Origin: Naegleria gruberi
Taxonomy: Eukaryota
Assembly (NCBI GenBank): GCA_000004985.1
Contig: GG738900.1
Direction: 5' to 3' (one strand)
Length of the DNA: 64,000 nucleotides
Part shown: positions 21,672 through 32,686 of the stretch, piece after piece
How the letters are laid out: each line of letters starts with the position of its first letter
Position numbering within the stretch: the first letter of the stretch is position 1
Made by a program: the position numbers and the translations under genes
The notes under the pieces: generated by a model
Seen by the model: the letters and a program-made list of their open reading frames with translations, nothing else
Database searches by the model: none
What the model was told of the DNA's origin: nothing

Positions 21672-24239
21672 TTAAACTCCCTTTCTTGGTTTTAATGTGA
21701 ACTTTAAGGCAATGTAAGCAATGATTCTCATTCCAACTGAGATACCCAAAACTATTCCCAAATTAACCCAAGTATTCATCAGGCCATTGTTCATTCCATA
21801 ATAATCGAGAATAAAGTCGAGATTTGGATATGGACACGATTCGTCTTGATCAGTTGGACAGTCTATTGTTCTTCCACCAAATTCATTTACAATGAGAGCT
21901 TTAAATCCATAATTGAATGGTGAAAAGTAGGTGAACCAAGCCAAGTAAACTGGAATTTGATCGATATTTCTATAAAATCCAGAAAAGACATGGAAAGTTG
22001 TTGAAATGGGAGGTAAAAGCATGGTGGCAATTTCTACACGCCTCACTAGAATGGCCAAAACCATTCCAAAACTATGAGCTGCCTGTGAAAGTACCAAAAT
22101 AATCAAAATGAACATTAAAAATCTATCAATAGTTAAGGTCAATCCTGCCAACAAGTAAACTATCGTTCCAAAAAACACTGGATGAGGAATAATCAACAAC
22201 ATATCCGCAAAGAACTTTCCAAAATAATAACTACTTATTGAAAAACATTTAGCACCTCGTTCTCTTAAAAAGTACAATCTCTCTCCTCTGAAAATTGAGA
22301 TTGGAGTACCAAATGAATTCGACCACTGATTAGTAACCACAAAGAAGAGCAAACCAAGCTTATTCTGAACTGAATTTTGATCATTCTTTGTCTGAAAGTA
22401 AATAAATCCAACTAAAATTGCATAAATAATTTGTTGAATAACTCGAATTTTTGTAAATTTGAAATCTCTGTACTGATTGAGGAAACTTCTTAAAAACATG
22501 ACAAGGAATTGAGTCCACCATGTTGATTTCTCCACTTTTGGTAAAGTACATTCTCGTAATTCGAAAGTGTCATGCACAGATGGAATAATCTGTTGCTTAA
22601 TCTTTTCAAAACTGTCAACAATCTTATTAATCCTTTCCATTTCACTTTCATGTGTCTTTTCATGAGCAAATATAGCATGTGAATCCTCTGTTATCATATC
22701 CATCACAAAATCTGCTGGATTGTAATTGTCATTCATTGCAAAACCAATCTTTTTAAAATACTTTACAACTTTGCTAGTTGATCCAAAGTATGCAATTTTA
22801 CCACTTGCTAACAGGAGTAAATTATCCAGATAATCCAAAATATCAGATCTAGGTTGGTGAATTGTCATAATCACTGTAATATTATGAGTTTTGGCAACGT
22901 GTGAAATTGTTTGAACCACGTCGAGGGCTGTCTTTGAATCAAGGGATGTACTTGGTTCGTCTAGAATCAAAATTGGAGGATTGGTGAGTAGAGCAATCGC
23001 AATGCCCAATCTCTTTCTTTCACCTCCACTAATTCCTTTGGAAAGTCCAACTTCACCAATTAAGGTATCAGCACACTTTTCCAATTTGAGTAATTGAAGA
23101 ACGTAATCAACTTTTTTCATCTTTTCTTGATAAGAAGTCGTTGAAGGAAGTTTCAACATGGCAGAATATCGTAAAGTTTCTCTAACTGTCAAATTTCCCA
23201 TCAATAAATCATCTTGATAGACATATCCCACTAATGATTTCAATCTATTTTTCACAACCATTCCATTTATAATAATTTCACCACTCGTACATTTCGTCTG
23301 TCCAGCTAAAATATTTAAAAGTGAAGTTTTTCCTGCTCCACTAGGTGCCTAAATTAATTTCCAAAATTGGTAATATAACATTTACACTCTCTCCAACAAT
23401 TCAAATCATTTCCAACTTACCATGATAGCCAATATCGATCCTGGATATGCAATACCATCAATTCCATTCAAAATTTGAATAAATTTACTTGGTTTTTCCA
23501 TTTTTGAATCGCCTTCCTTTTTTAAACTTTTTGAAATGATATCATTGAGGAAACTAGTTTCTCTTTTGACCTGATAACAAATATTTCTCCATGAAATAAT
23601 TGCTCCAGTTTCATGTTTTTCATTTTTCCAATCTTGGAATTGATCCAGATAAATTTCACTATACGAAACTACGTCCGATTTACGAAATGAACCTTTTGTG
23701 GGAGAAACTAGCTTTTTCACAACATCTACTAAAGTTTCTGTTGGAGTTTTTGCGGAATCTTTTGAATTCATCTTTCGAATAGAATAAGACGAACCAGTTT
23801 TCTTCATTGAATGTTCCTCAATTTGTTTTTCATGTGTTCGAATGATTTTTGACAAATCCAGAGATATGTTATAATCATCTTCCACTAGAATGTGAGTTTC
23901 GTCTGAAGAAGTTGAAGAATTCGGTGAAGGAATCTCAATATTCGAAAGACTATTCGAATAGTAAACTTTGTGATGATTATCAACATTATTATCAATGGCA
24001 TATAATAAATTTGGCGTATTCGGTGATATTTCATAAATTTCTGGCGTTCCAAAATTTACAGTTTTCGTCTTGGTATGCTCCCGAGCTGTTGTTGGTATTT
24101 CTAATGTTTGTTTAGTTTCGTTTTGTTTCGTTTCATCCAATATGATGATGTTTTCTTCGTCTGCATGTACGATTGCTGTACGTCGACGAGTCATGGATGA
24201 TTGCTCCACATCTCGCCTTGTATTTGAAGATTCGTCCAT
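21672..24239 (-). CDS. ABCG-family half ABC transporter (NBD-TMD), 2 exons
   Basis: Model complement(join(21672..23348,23421..24239)). The 72-nt intron is GTAAGT…TTTAG, both sides phase 0, and the total is 2496 nt. Exon 1 ends …ILNGIDGIAYPGSILAIM. Exon 2 begins APSGAGKTSLLNILAG (Walker A), then Q-loop YVYQDD, the ABC signature LSKGISGGERKRLGIA, Walker B ILILDEPSTSLD, the H-loop TIHQP, and about 6 TM helices. This arrangement is typical of ABCG. Confidence 0.8.
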
Positions 24240-25134
24240 ATTATTTCAGTTTCTAATAGAGACGATTTTTTTAAAGTTTGTAATACACTTACATTTTCAT
24301 TAGAATAGCATGCAAATGCTCCCAAAAGTGCATCCACAAGAACATTTTCTCTGACAGTAACGTTTTTTACCTCATGATAGGAACCTTTAATGTCAACTGT
24401 CAAGCCATTTTCTTTCATTTTTGCCAAGTTGCAATGTAATTGGATATAATGCCGCACCATACAACAGGAAATGAACAAACATTAATAAAATTTACCTTAC
24501 ATTCATGAAAGTCACATTAGAAATCATTAGTTTACTTTAGTTTTGCAAGTAAAAGAAAAGTTTACAAAAAATTTTACAATTTATTAAAGTACATTCAAGG
24601 CAATAAACTCTTAAATAATTCGTTGCATTGGCCAAATACATAAACAACCCGGTTTTGACCTTTCGTCAGTGAAAAAACTCTTTCTTGACTATGAATCGTC
24701 CACTTTCTAATTTTCATTCGAATAGCCTTCATTGGAAAGCAATCGAATTTGATGAGAAATGCATTTTACAATTTTCGCAGTATTTCAACTACAGTTTTTG
24801 AAAGGTCCTGAAAAAAATACAAACTCTCAAAAAGAGAAAGATAATTCACCAAATAGAAATTTTTTTTTTATTTCTTTATTTGGTAACATTAGGTATGTGG
24901 ATAATGAATTTATTCTAAACTTGTCGAATATTCATCAATTCTTTAATAATTTTTGAAATTCCATTTTCGAATCAAAAATGATTCATCAAATCAGAAAAGT
25001 ATATCGGGCGGAAAAGTAACACTGAACAACTGGTTGTAGTTACGGCTGCACTTGTAGACAACTCGAATATTCATCAATTTTACGCAAAATTATTTGCGTC
25101 CTTATTAAAGCAAGCAAAAGCAAGGGAAGAAGAT

Positions 25135-26277
25135 TTGGATTTTGGCGGGAAAAATGTGGTTTGCTCACCTGTTTCTGTGGTTGTGGCCCTTTCGATGGTT
25201 TTGGTGGGTGCGAGTGGAAAAACATTTATAGAGATGGTGAGAGGCATGTTTGGAAGTGAATTGGAAGAGCAGGGATTGGATTACTTTGGAATCATTGAGA
25301 AAGATGTCAAGCCAATGATGGAACAAATGATGAAGAGTTTCAATATTGAGAATGATGATGATTGTGGAACGACCCTTAGTATGGTGAATTCTATTTTCCT
25401 ATCTGATCAATTTACGTTGTTAGAGAGCTATCACTCATTGGTCAATCAAACGTTTAATGCTAAAGTTGATTCGTGTGATTTTGTGAATAATCAAGAAGGA
25501 GAAATTGCAAAGATTAATAAGTTTGTTTCAGATTTTACAAAGGGAATGATTCAAAACATTGTAGATTGTAATTTCATTCAGAAAACAACTCGAATTGTTT
25601 CACTGAATGGGATTTATTTTGCAGCTCAATGGAAAGATCAGTTTGATCCATCCGAAACTAAAAAGAAACCATTCTTCACTTGTGATGGCTCAGATTCCGT
25701 TTCAATAGAAATGATGATCAAGAAGGATACAAGAGTTCTCTACGGTAATGATGATCCTGATGAGGATGAAAATCCTCAATATCACTGGATTAAACTTCCC
25801 TACAGAAGTGAACATTCAATGATAATCATCATGCCAATGGACAAAACTGAAGAAAATGATGTGTTTGACAAGTGGATTGTGGAAAAATTGGAAAGAATGT
25901 ATTACTTCTCAACTGAAAGTATTACCATGGACAGACTTTCACTTCCCAAAATGAAAATCAAGGAAAAGGTCAACCTGAACGATGTCTTTAAATCTGAACC
26001 ATTCAATATGAAAAGCATGTTTTCAGAGAATGCCAACTTTGAAAGAATGATTCAAAATGATCATCTTCCAATCACTGATATTTTCCACGAATGTGTTATT
26101 GAAATCAATGAAGAGGGAACCAAAGCGTCTGCCATCACTATCAAAGGAAGAGGAAAATCAGCTAAAAGCAAATTCTACTTTGATGTGAATCGACCTTTTG
26201 TAATGCTCATTACAGAAAATTGCACTCAACAAGTTCTATTCATATCGAAAATTAACAATCTTTCCAGTAGTGAATAA
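25135..26277 (+). CDS. Serpin (serine protease inhibitor), 5' end unresolved
   Basis: ORF 25135..26277 starts at TTG. The frame is open back to 24982 with no in-frame ATG, so an upstream exon is likely. Serpin motifs include NVVCSPVSVVVALSMVLVGASGKT, a hinge/RCL region …EEGTKASAITIKGRGKSAKSKFYFDVNRPFVMLITEN, and the preceding helix-A-like NSNIHQFYAKLFASL. A possible exon 1 is 24759..24804 (MHFTIFAVFQLQFLK, phase 1) joined at 25040, but this needs a weak GTCCTG donor and is low confidence. Confidence 0.6.
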   Translation: MDFGGKNVVCSPVSVVVALSMVLVGASGKTFIEMVRGMFGSELEEQGLDYFGIIEKDVKPMMEQMMKSFNIENDDDCGTTLSMVNSIFLSDQFTLLESYHSLVNQTFNAKVDSCDFVNNQEGEIAKINKFVSDFTKGMIQNIVDCNFIQKTTRIVSLNGIYFAAQWKDQFDPSETKKKPFFTCDGSDSVSIEMMIKKDTRVLYGNDDPDEDENPQYHWIKLPYRSEHSMIIIMPMDKTEENDVFDKWIVEKLERMYYFSTESITMDRLSLPKMKIKEKVNLNDVFKSEPFNMKSMFSENANFERMIQNDHLPITDIFHECVIEINEEGTKASAITIKGRGKSAKSKFYFDVNRPFVMLITENCTQQVLFISKINNLSSSE

Positions 26278-26559
26278 TAACTAACACCAACAATTTTATT
26301 AATTGTTTCTTCAATTTTGTAACGATTACCAAGTTCCAAAAAATGTTAACAAATCATCAGGCAAAAAGTTAGTTTTCTTCAATGTTGCGAATTTTTATAA
26401 GAATAATAATAATTGCTTGTTTATGATCATTACCATCATCATGATGAACGAATACTGATACTAATAATAATAATAATAATAATTTAATTTTTATATTACT
26501 GAATTGATTGATGAACAATTGATGAATAATTAATTATAGGGAAGGGAGAAAATAATTCC

Positions 26560-27915
26560 TTGTGCAACCGATCAAGATCGGGTCGTGAATTTGAAGGTTG
26601 TACAGTGAATCGTATCTTTGCAAGCTTTTCTCATACATTTTCCAGTACAAATCCAAAGTTTCAAGACAATTATACTCCTCTCGATCATAGTAAATATGAA
26701 TTATACGAGTGGAAAATGTCGACCAATCAGCCACAAATTGTCATTAAGGAAGTTAGTACTGGAAAGGACTATATGACATTATTAACCATGGATGGTCGAT
26801 TGTTGTTTATGGGACAAAATACATTTGCATTGGGTTCTGTATTGAGTGGAGAAAAGCTTCCTGATTATGTAACATGTCTGGAGGAGGCTTGTGTAAAGGT
26901 AGTCAGTGGGAGAGGTGATAATGGTGTAGGAGAAACCTTTTTAGAATTGGGTAAGAAGGAGACGAGGAATTTTCTTCATGTTGGAAGTGGAATGTACTTT
27001 ATGGTAGTTCTTACGTCAGATTATAGATTGATTTCTTCTGGATCTAATGAGTGTGGACAGACAGGTGTTGGTCAAAATGCTAGTAGCATGGGAGGTTTTT
27101 CTGAATGTGTTTTCAATAAGGATTTACAAGATTCAAAGAATGAAATATTGAGAGGAATTGTTAAAATTGCATGTGGATACCAACATTGTATGATATTGAC
27201 TAGAGATGGAACAATGATTGGAACTGGGTGTTCCTACCAACGTCAATTAGGTCCAATTGAAAATGATATATCCTATGAATTTACAAAATTAGTATCTCCT
27301 GAAACGACTACTCCAATAGTAGATATTCAATGTGGATACTTTAGTAGTTCATGTATTGACGCTAATGGAATGGTATATGTAGTTGGACAAGAGAGTTACA
27401 CTCGACTCGTCGCTGCAGAGAAATGGACCAAATTACAAACTTTTATTTATGATCCAGTTCAATACATGACAATGAGTTGTTCCAATTCATTCTTTCGAAC
27501 AACAAGTGGATTAGTCTATCACAATTGGGGAAGTAATGATGACAATGAAAACAAACCATTTGAGAATTTGCAAAAATTAAGTGAGATACCTAATGTGGAA
27601 TATATATTTGGAAAGGAAAATTTCTTAGCTGTAACGGAATCTAAGGATATCTATCTCTCCACAAACTCTTCTTGTTCTGGAATTATTAAACCACCAACAT
27701 CTGATACTCGTTGGTTTGAATACAATGGCCTCAAACAACACATTCCTAAAAATGGAAGATATCAACTATTCATCGCCGATGCATTCAGCTTTTACATGTA
27801 CTTTATTCTATCCTCCAATAAGGAAGGTCACTTGAAGGATAATCTGAAAATTACACTCCAAAAAGGACAAACAGATTTTGAAAAGAATTATTTCATGGAC
27901 ATTATCATCAAGTAG
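26560..27915 (+). CDS. RCC1-like repeat protein (paralog of 60234..61655), 5' end unresolved
   Basis: ORF 26560..27915 starts at TTG and has no in-frame ATG before MSTNQ at 26716. The repeats …DGRLLFMGQNTFALG…CGYQHCMILTRDGTMIGTGCSYQRQLG…IQCGYFSSSCIDANGMVYVVGQ… carry RCC1-type GxN..GQLG motifs. It is collinear with, and about 40-45% identical to, the 60.2-kb gene. A TATAG acceptor at 26535..26539 suggests an upstream exon. Confidence 0.6.
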   Translation: MCNRSRSGREFEGCTVNRIFASFSHTFSSTNPKFQDNYTPLDHSKYELYEWKMSTNQPQIVIKEVSTGKDYMTLLTMDGRLLFMGQNTFALGSVLSGEKLPDYVTCLEEACVKVVSGRGDNGVGETFLELGKKETRNFLHVGSGMYFMVVLTSDYRLISSGSNECGQTGVGQNASSMGGFSECVFNKDLQDSKNEILRGIVKIACGYQHCMILTRDGTMIGTGCSYQRQLGPIENDISYEFTKLVSPETTTPIVDIQCGYFSSSCIDANGMVYVVGQESYTRLVAAEKWTKLQTFIYDPVQYMTMSCSNSFFRTTSGLVYHNWGSNDDNENKPFENLQKLSEIPNVEYIFGKENFLAVTESKDIYLSTNSSCSGIIKPPTSDTRWFEYNGLKQHIPKNGRYQLFIADAFSFYMYFILSSNKEGHLKDNLKITLQKGQTDFEKNYFMDIIIK

Positions 27916-28120
27916 TAATCATACGAATTATTATACTTGTAAATATTAAACTTGTTAAAGATCATCCTTCACCATATATGATTACTACTACTTCAAAACC
28001 AAGTACAGACCTCATGACCATATACCATCACATTTACAAATAAATTCAGTGAAAATCCTGCAACTGTAACTCTTTAAAAAAAAACGGCGCACTATTTTTT
28101 GTGAATATTTTAAAAAAAAA

Positions 28121-28869
28121 ATGAAAAATTCCTTTACTGCCTCCGTCGTGATGACCATTTTCATGGTTGTTGTGTTGATGAGTTTATTGGCGCTTGATGT
28201 TGTTGAAGGTATTATGGAATCTCGTGTTCGTTTAATTGACTCCAACTCACAATTAAATCGTTTCCTCTTCCGTGGTAATACTCCAATTGAACATGGAAAT
28301 TTTGCGATTGGAAAGTTGAGAGATTTAGTCAGAGAGGTTGGAAAGAATAATAATGTTCAAGTGCCTGATGAATTCTATTTGATTGATGTATCATTCTTGA
28401 ATATGTTTGAAGAAGATTTGAAGGATGAAACAGAATATTTCAAAGCTAATCCACATATTGGTGAATTGGTTCATTGGACTATTATTGGTAATCCAATCAA
28501 TGGTACTGATTTACCTGAATGGTTGAGAAAGGATCTTGCTATTTATGAAAAGAAATGGGATAGAGAAGATAAATTGATCGATAGAGTCGATCAGCTCTAT
28601 AACTGGATTCACACTCAAGATAGCATTCATAATTTGAATCAAGATGCTCAATCTGCCAAAGCTTTGGTTTTCTACATCCATTGTGAGGCTGGAATGGATA
28701 GGTATGTAGAGTTTCATATTATTTAAAGTTGTTAACAAGTGGAATAGAACTGGTGAAGTTTCAGGTTCATATTATTTAAAGTATAACAAGTGGACATATA
28801 TGCAGACTTTGGAATATGATTATCATGTCGAAAATAGACCAATTGAGTTCATGTCACAAAATGCATTGA
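28121..28869 (+). CDS. Protein-tyrosine-phosphatase-like protein (CX5R P-loop HCEAGMDR), 3' exon structure uncertain
   Basis: ORF 28121..28726 has a hydrophobic N-terminus and the PTP signature IHCEAGMDR. This is followed at once by a GTATGT donor at 28702 (phase 2), so AG+T gives Ser, then Gly, i.e. HCxAGxxRSG. A 53-bp tandem duplication (28715..28767 and 28768..28794 onward) supplies two candidate acceptors (AACAAG|TGGA). The first would give a 38-nt intron, which is too short. The second gives an 89-nt intron and the C-terminus SGHICRLWNMIIMSKIDQLSSCHKMH* ending at 28869. The gene may be disrupted by the duplication. Confidence 0.45.
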
Positions 28870-28989
28870 ACTGGTTCTGTTGGCATCAATTTTACACTCT
28901 TGGTTATCCAACTGATTGTAACTTGTCACCAAGCAGAAACAAATGAATTTAATTTTTTGTGTCAATTTTGTTTATTAATATGAGGAGGA

Positions 28990-29610
28990 TTATTCAAGAC
29001 TTTGAATCAGATCATAATGTTGTTTCTTTTCATCGTAGGATAACCAAACTTCCTTATTCACATTTTTCACATGTTCTGGATTGACTTCAATCACTTCAGA
29101 TTGAATAATCTTCCCAGAGACAATCAAAATTCTAAAGGCAACATTCGGATACACTCTACTAGCTGCCACAACACTTGTAAAATCACCAAAAGTTCCACTC
29201 TTACTCAAACTATTCAAATATTCATCAAAACTTTGTCCTTCCTCAACAAATAGAGCATGTTTCAACTCTAATCCATCAATTTTAGTTTCCAAATTATTTC
29301 GCATCCAACCAACAATTTCCTCTCTCAATTTTTGATGATTCTTTCCATTATTAATTCCTTTCGAAAGACTATCATAGAGACAATTGCCATCCGATACGGA
29401 GGGAATAATTTTGAAATGATCAGTTAGTAATTTTCCTCGGAGTGATGATGATGATGAAATATTGTTATCAGCAAAAGAAAATCTTGATGCAGAGAAATTA
29501 CGCAAATAATTAATTTTTCTATTATTACTTGAAAAATTGGTGAATTGTTTTCTGCTTATAGATTTAATCATTTTTTTTTGATTTTTAAAAATTGTAATGG
29601 AATTGAGCAT
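28990..29610 (-). CDS. OTU-domain deubiquitinase-like protein
   Basis: ORF 28990..29610 with ATG at 29610. It carries the OTU catalytic Cys motif PSVSDGNCLYDSLS and a C-terminal His region (…EKKQHYDLIQ). The N-terminal 60 aa are basic and low-complexity. Confidence 0.65.
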   Translation of the reverse strand: MLNSITIFKNQKKMIKSISRKQFTNFSSNNRKINYLRNFSASRFSFADNNISSSSSLRGKLLTDHFKIIPSVSDGNCLYDSLSKGINNGKNHQKLREEIVGWMRNNLETKIDGLELKHALFVEEGQSFDEYLNSLSKSGTFGDFTSVVAASRVYPNVAFRILIVSGKIIQSEVIEVNPEHVKNVNKEVWLSYDEKKQHYDLIQSLE

Positions 29611-29650
29611 ATTTGGTAATTGTTAATAAATTGTTAATAATAAATTCATT

Positions 29651-31150
29651 TTACTGTATTCCAGCAAGTTGTTTCAATGTAGCATCATTGATTCCCTCCT
29701 TTCGAATATCTTCTCTGCATTTCATATCGGTGGCTGATAAGTTCCATAAGGATTTGGCTGCGAATGAGCTCACTTGCTTATCCTTTCCATTGGCAAATCG
29801 AATTAGTTGTGGAACAATTGCATGAGAGAGGAGAATCTTTTGATTTTCTGCATTCTTGGTCATGTTAAATAAGGCAGCATTATACGATTCCAAATTTGGT
29901 TGTGGAATTGGACATGGAGATTTGGAAAACCATTCAGCAATGAGTTTTACAAAACCACTCTCTCTAAATGCCTCAATATTTTCTCTCATATTGGTCAATT
30001 TGACCAACAAACTTGTGGCCATATTGAAACAAGATGGTTTTTGAGAGGCAATGCTAATTTCATCTCTCAAAAAATTGGTCAAAATAATTAAACCTCCCTT
30101 AGATTGTGAAAATTCGAGGCACATTTCTGGACTAGCATAGCATAGGGAAACTACTGAGGAGAGGACATGTTCGAGAGCTGTCTTGTTTTTTGAAGAGAAC
30201 TTTTTGAAGGCCGACACCAAATTGGACATGATGAATGTGTGTTCGTGGAGTTGAGCGGAAATTTCTGGATTTTGGACAATGTTTCCAACTGCTCCTGCAG
30301 CACTTTGAGCAATTGAATCAACTGCATGAGTGAGGAAATTGCTTACCACTTTCAATGCCCTAACAAGTTGAATTTCAGAACATTGTCCCTTCTTTTCACA
30401 TACAAATGAGAGTGACATTAGACAGTTAGCAAGTCATTCATTATTTTCACTGTTTGGATTCTCTAAAACGGAAACCATCTTTTCCACAAATCCTTCCTTT
30501 ACCAATAATTTCTGAATGGAACCACTCTCATCATCACTGACAATTAAATTGTAAACACAAAAGACAGTTTTCGATCTGATTTGTTCCAATTGTGTTAAAT
30601 CTATTTGTTTCACTAAAATCCTGAGAAGTGATTGATCATTGGCTGAGTTTTGTAATTTCTGAGCCATGTATTTTCCAGTGGTTGCACTTGTAGAGCTAGT
30701 TGTGGTGGAATTTGAACTTGCTTTTACAATTTTTGTAATAAATGTTGGTTCCAAACTCAGGAATGAAATCAGTGATAACACATTTCGTTTCATTTCTTCT
30801 GTAAATTTGGCATCTTTCAATATTTCTGAAAAAACTTTGATTGAATTTTCCTGATTGACCATTTCTTTTCGTATTGAGGCATCATTATCCTCACATAAAT
30901 TAACCAATGCACCAATTCCATACTCTATAATCGCCAACTCACTTGAATGATTCTCCAAAACCTTGAAAATCATTGAAATTCCACTCTTAATTTCATTTCT
31001 ACATTTATCCAACGTTGCCAAATTCAGTAAAATTCCCAAAACATTCTTTACAATTCTCTTATCATTCTGTTGATCATTTAATAATGAAATTATTATCGGA
31101 ATCCCTCCCAATCTATGAATTTCAAACAAATTGGCATCTTCACTTGTCAT
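29651..31150 (-). CDS. Armadillo/HEAT-like repeat protein interrupted by one in-frame TGA (30434..30436)
   Basis: Minus ORFs 30434..31213 and 29651..30418 are in the same frame, separated only by TGA followed by 4 sense codons. Both halves are ARM-like helical repeats (…LVNLCEDNDASIRKEMV…; …AGAVGNIVQNPEISAQL…LWNLSATDMKCREDI…). The listed upstream start is TTG, and the first in-frame ATG is at 31150 (MTSEDANLF…). No intron removing the TGA is phase-compatible. Confidence 0.5.
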
Positions 31151-31498
31151 GTTAAAAACATCTCCAATGGCGGACAATTTAACTAACGAATTTCCTGTTT
31201 TGATCTTGTTCAATAATTGACCTAAATCTTGTGGTTGGGAAGGAGTAGCTTGTGCTGTGAAAAGTTGGTGTTGTGATCTAATAAAACCGCACAGAAAAAG
31301 TACCTACTCATGTTTGACATTTTTTTTTAATATTTATTTTGAATAGTGACATGACAACCATTACAAATCATCACATTATTGACTTCCTTTTAGAGACATT
31401 ATGCAGTAGTATTTACAGTTTTTCACCTTCACAATTCTTCATCATTTTCAACTTCCTTACAAAATTTTAAATATTGAATTTAATCTTTACAAAAAAAA

Positions 31499-32686
31499 AT
31501 GTCTCAACATCAAGATGATGAATTTACAGAACAAGATACCGTTCCGGATTGCTCTTTAGAATCCCTCTCCATTGTCTTTAATTATGATCAATTAATAAAA
31601 GATCGGAGTAAGATGCACAAAATAACCAGAAAATCAAACTCTAAATTTAATAATAATAATAATCGTGATGATCATGATGATCGTGATGATAACAATTCGA
31701 GTAATGGAGAGAATCATTCTGATGAAACGTACTATGTTGGTGCTTCCAATAATTTTGTTCGTGTTTTTACGTTGAATGGAAGAAAATACTGGATAGCCCA
31801 AGCCTTGTGTTATCATAGAGCACCCGATATGAAGATTCACTTCTCTGTAAAGAGGAAGGATGTCCCGAAGGCTTTTAATGTGATTGGAAAGTACTTTTTC
31901 GAGAGTGGTATGAAATTTGGAATGAAATCTATAATGATTGATGAAGAGACTGAGGTGAAGAGCAAGAATTCTGGAAAGTTGGATTTGAATTGGAATACGG
32001 AGGGTGGAAGAGAAGGTAATGATCGATCATTTACATTGGAATGGCCTGATTCAATGAGAGGTAGAGAGATTACAGTGTATATTTACAGATATTTTCACAT
32101 GGATCAAATGAAATCGGTTTGCGAGTATGATTGTAATGATCATGAATGGATGAAGGAATATTCAATTTTTGACAAGGGAGGAAAGTATGATTGTGATCAA
32201 TTTACAGAACTCGATTCGAAACCCTTCCAACAATTTGAATTGGTGCCAGAGATGGAAGAACCTTTGAGAATGTTTAGGAAATGGATTAGACACGTTGAAT
32301 ACTTGTTGGAGAAGGAGAATATTGAACCAAATGGATGCGCAGATGGTGATTTACCACTCGGTGGAAAGTATGCTTCATTCAGAAATGAAACATTCATTCC
32401 AATAATGAATGCACACGTAGAAGAGCCAATTTTGCATAATTCTACACAACAGAAGGAAGCTGTAACATCTAATAACGATTCGAAAAGTGTTAATGACATG
32501 TTCTTTTATCCTCCCAATTTCACAGGATGGAATGCAGCCAACAATCCACAAGCCATTACAATGTATAACAATCTCCATCTAACAAGAAATGCATCTTGGG
32601 ATCATTTCCTGGATCATCTTCCATTAATTTCCATTGTACTAGCACCAATAATTATTGGTCTATTATTCGCCAACCAGACTCCATAA
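31499..32686 (+). CDS. Hypothetical tail-anchored membrane protein
   Basis: ORF 31499..32686, 395 aa. It is acidic and Asn-rich at the N-terminus and has a single C-terminal TM (LPLISIVLAPIIIGLLFANQ). No family recognised. Confidence 0.4.
   Translation: MSQHQDDEFTEQDTVPDCSLESLSIVFNYDQLIKDRSKMHKITRKSNSKFNNNNNRDDHDDRDDNNSSNGENHSDETYYVGASNNFVRVFTLNGRKYWIAQALCYHRAPDMKIHFSVKRKDVPKAFNVIGKYFFESGMKFGMKSIMIDEETEVKSKNSGKLDLNWNTEGGREGNDRSFTLEWPDSMRGREITVYIYRYFHMDQMKSVCEYDCNDHEWMKEYSIFDKGGKYDCDQFTELDSKPFQQFELVPEMEEPLRMFRKWIRHVEYLLEKENIEPNGCADGDLPLGGKYASFRNETFIPIMNAHVEEPILHNSTQQKEAVTSNNDSKSVNDMFFYPPNFTGWNAANNPQAITMYNNLHLTRNASWDHFLDHLPLISIVLAPIIIGLLFANQTP

Noticed and set aside
24191-24478. Minus-strand ORF of 95 aa (…MKENGLTVDIKGSYHEVKNVTVRENVLVDALLGAFACYSNEN…) immediately 5' of, and overlapping, the ABCG start codon; it contains GTAAAA and GTAAGT donor-like sites
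   Set aside because: Joining it to the ABCG ATG gives a 40-nt intron followed by an immediate in-frame TAA. It has no recognisable family and overlaps the ABCG CDS, so it is most likely 5'-UTR or uORF sequence rather than a gene.
28702-28739. First AACAAG|TGG acceptor after the PTP P-loop
   Set aside because: It would make a 38-nt intron, well below the 45-135 nt range seen in this window.
30375-30436. 59- or 62-nt GT…AG segment that would excise the in-frame TGA of the armadillo-repeat gene
   Set aside because: Both lengths are 2 mod 3 while the flanking ORFs share a frame, so splicing would break rather than restore the frame. The segment is only about 68% AT, unlike real introns here.
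30434-30436. TGA as selenocysteine codon
   Set aside because: The gene's 3' UTR is at most about 40 bp before the next gene's start codon, leaving no room for a SECIS element. ARM-repeat selenoproteins are not known.
31269-31320. Candidate upstream exon ATGTCAAACATGAGTAG plus 26-nt or 49-nt intron for the armadillo gene
   Set aside because: The 26-nt intron is too short. The 49-nt option is phase-incompatible (phase 2 donor against phase 1 acceptor).
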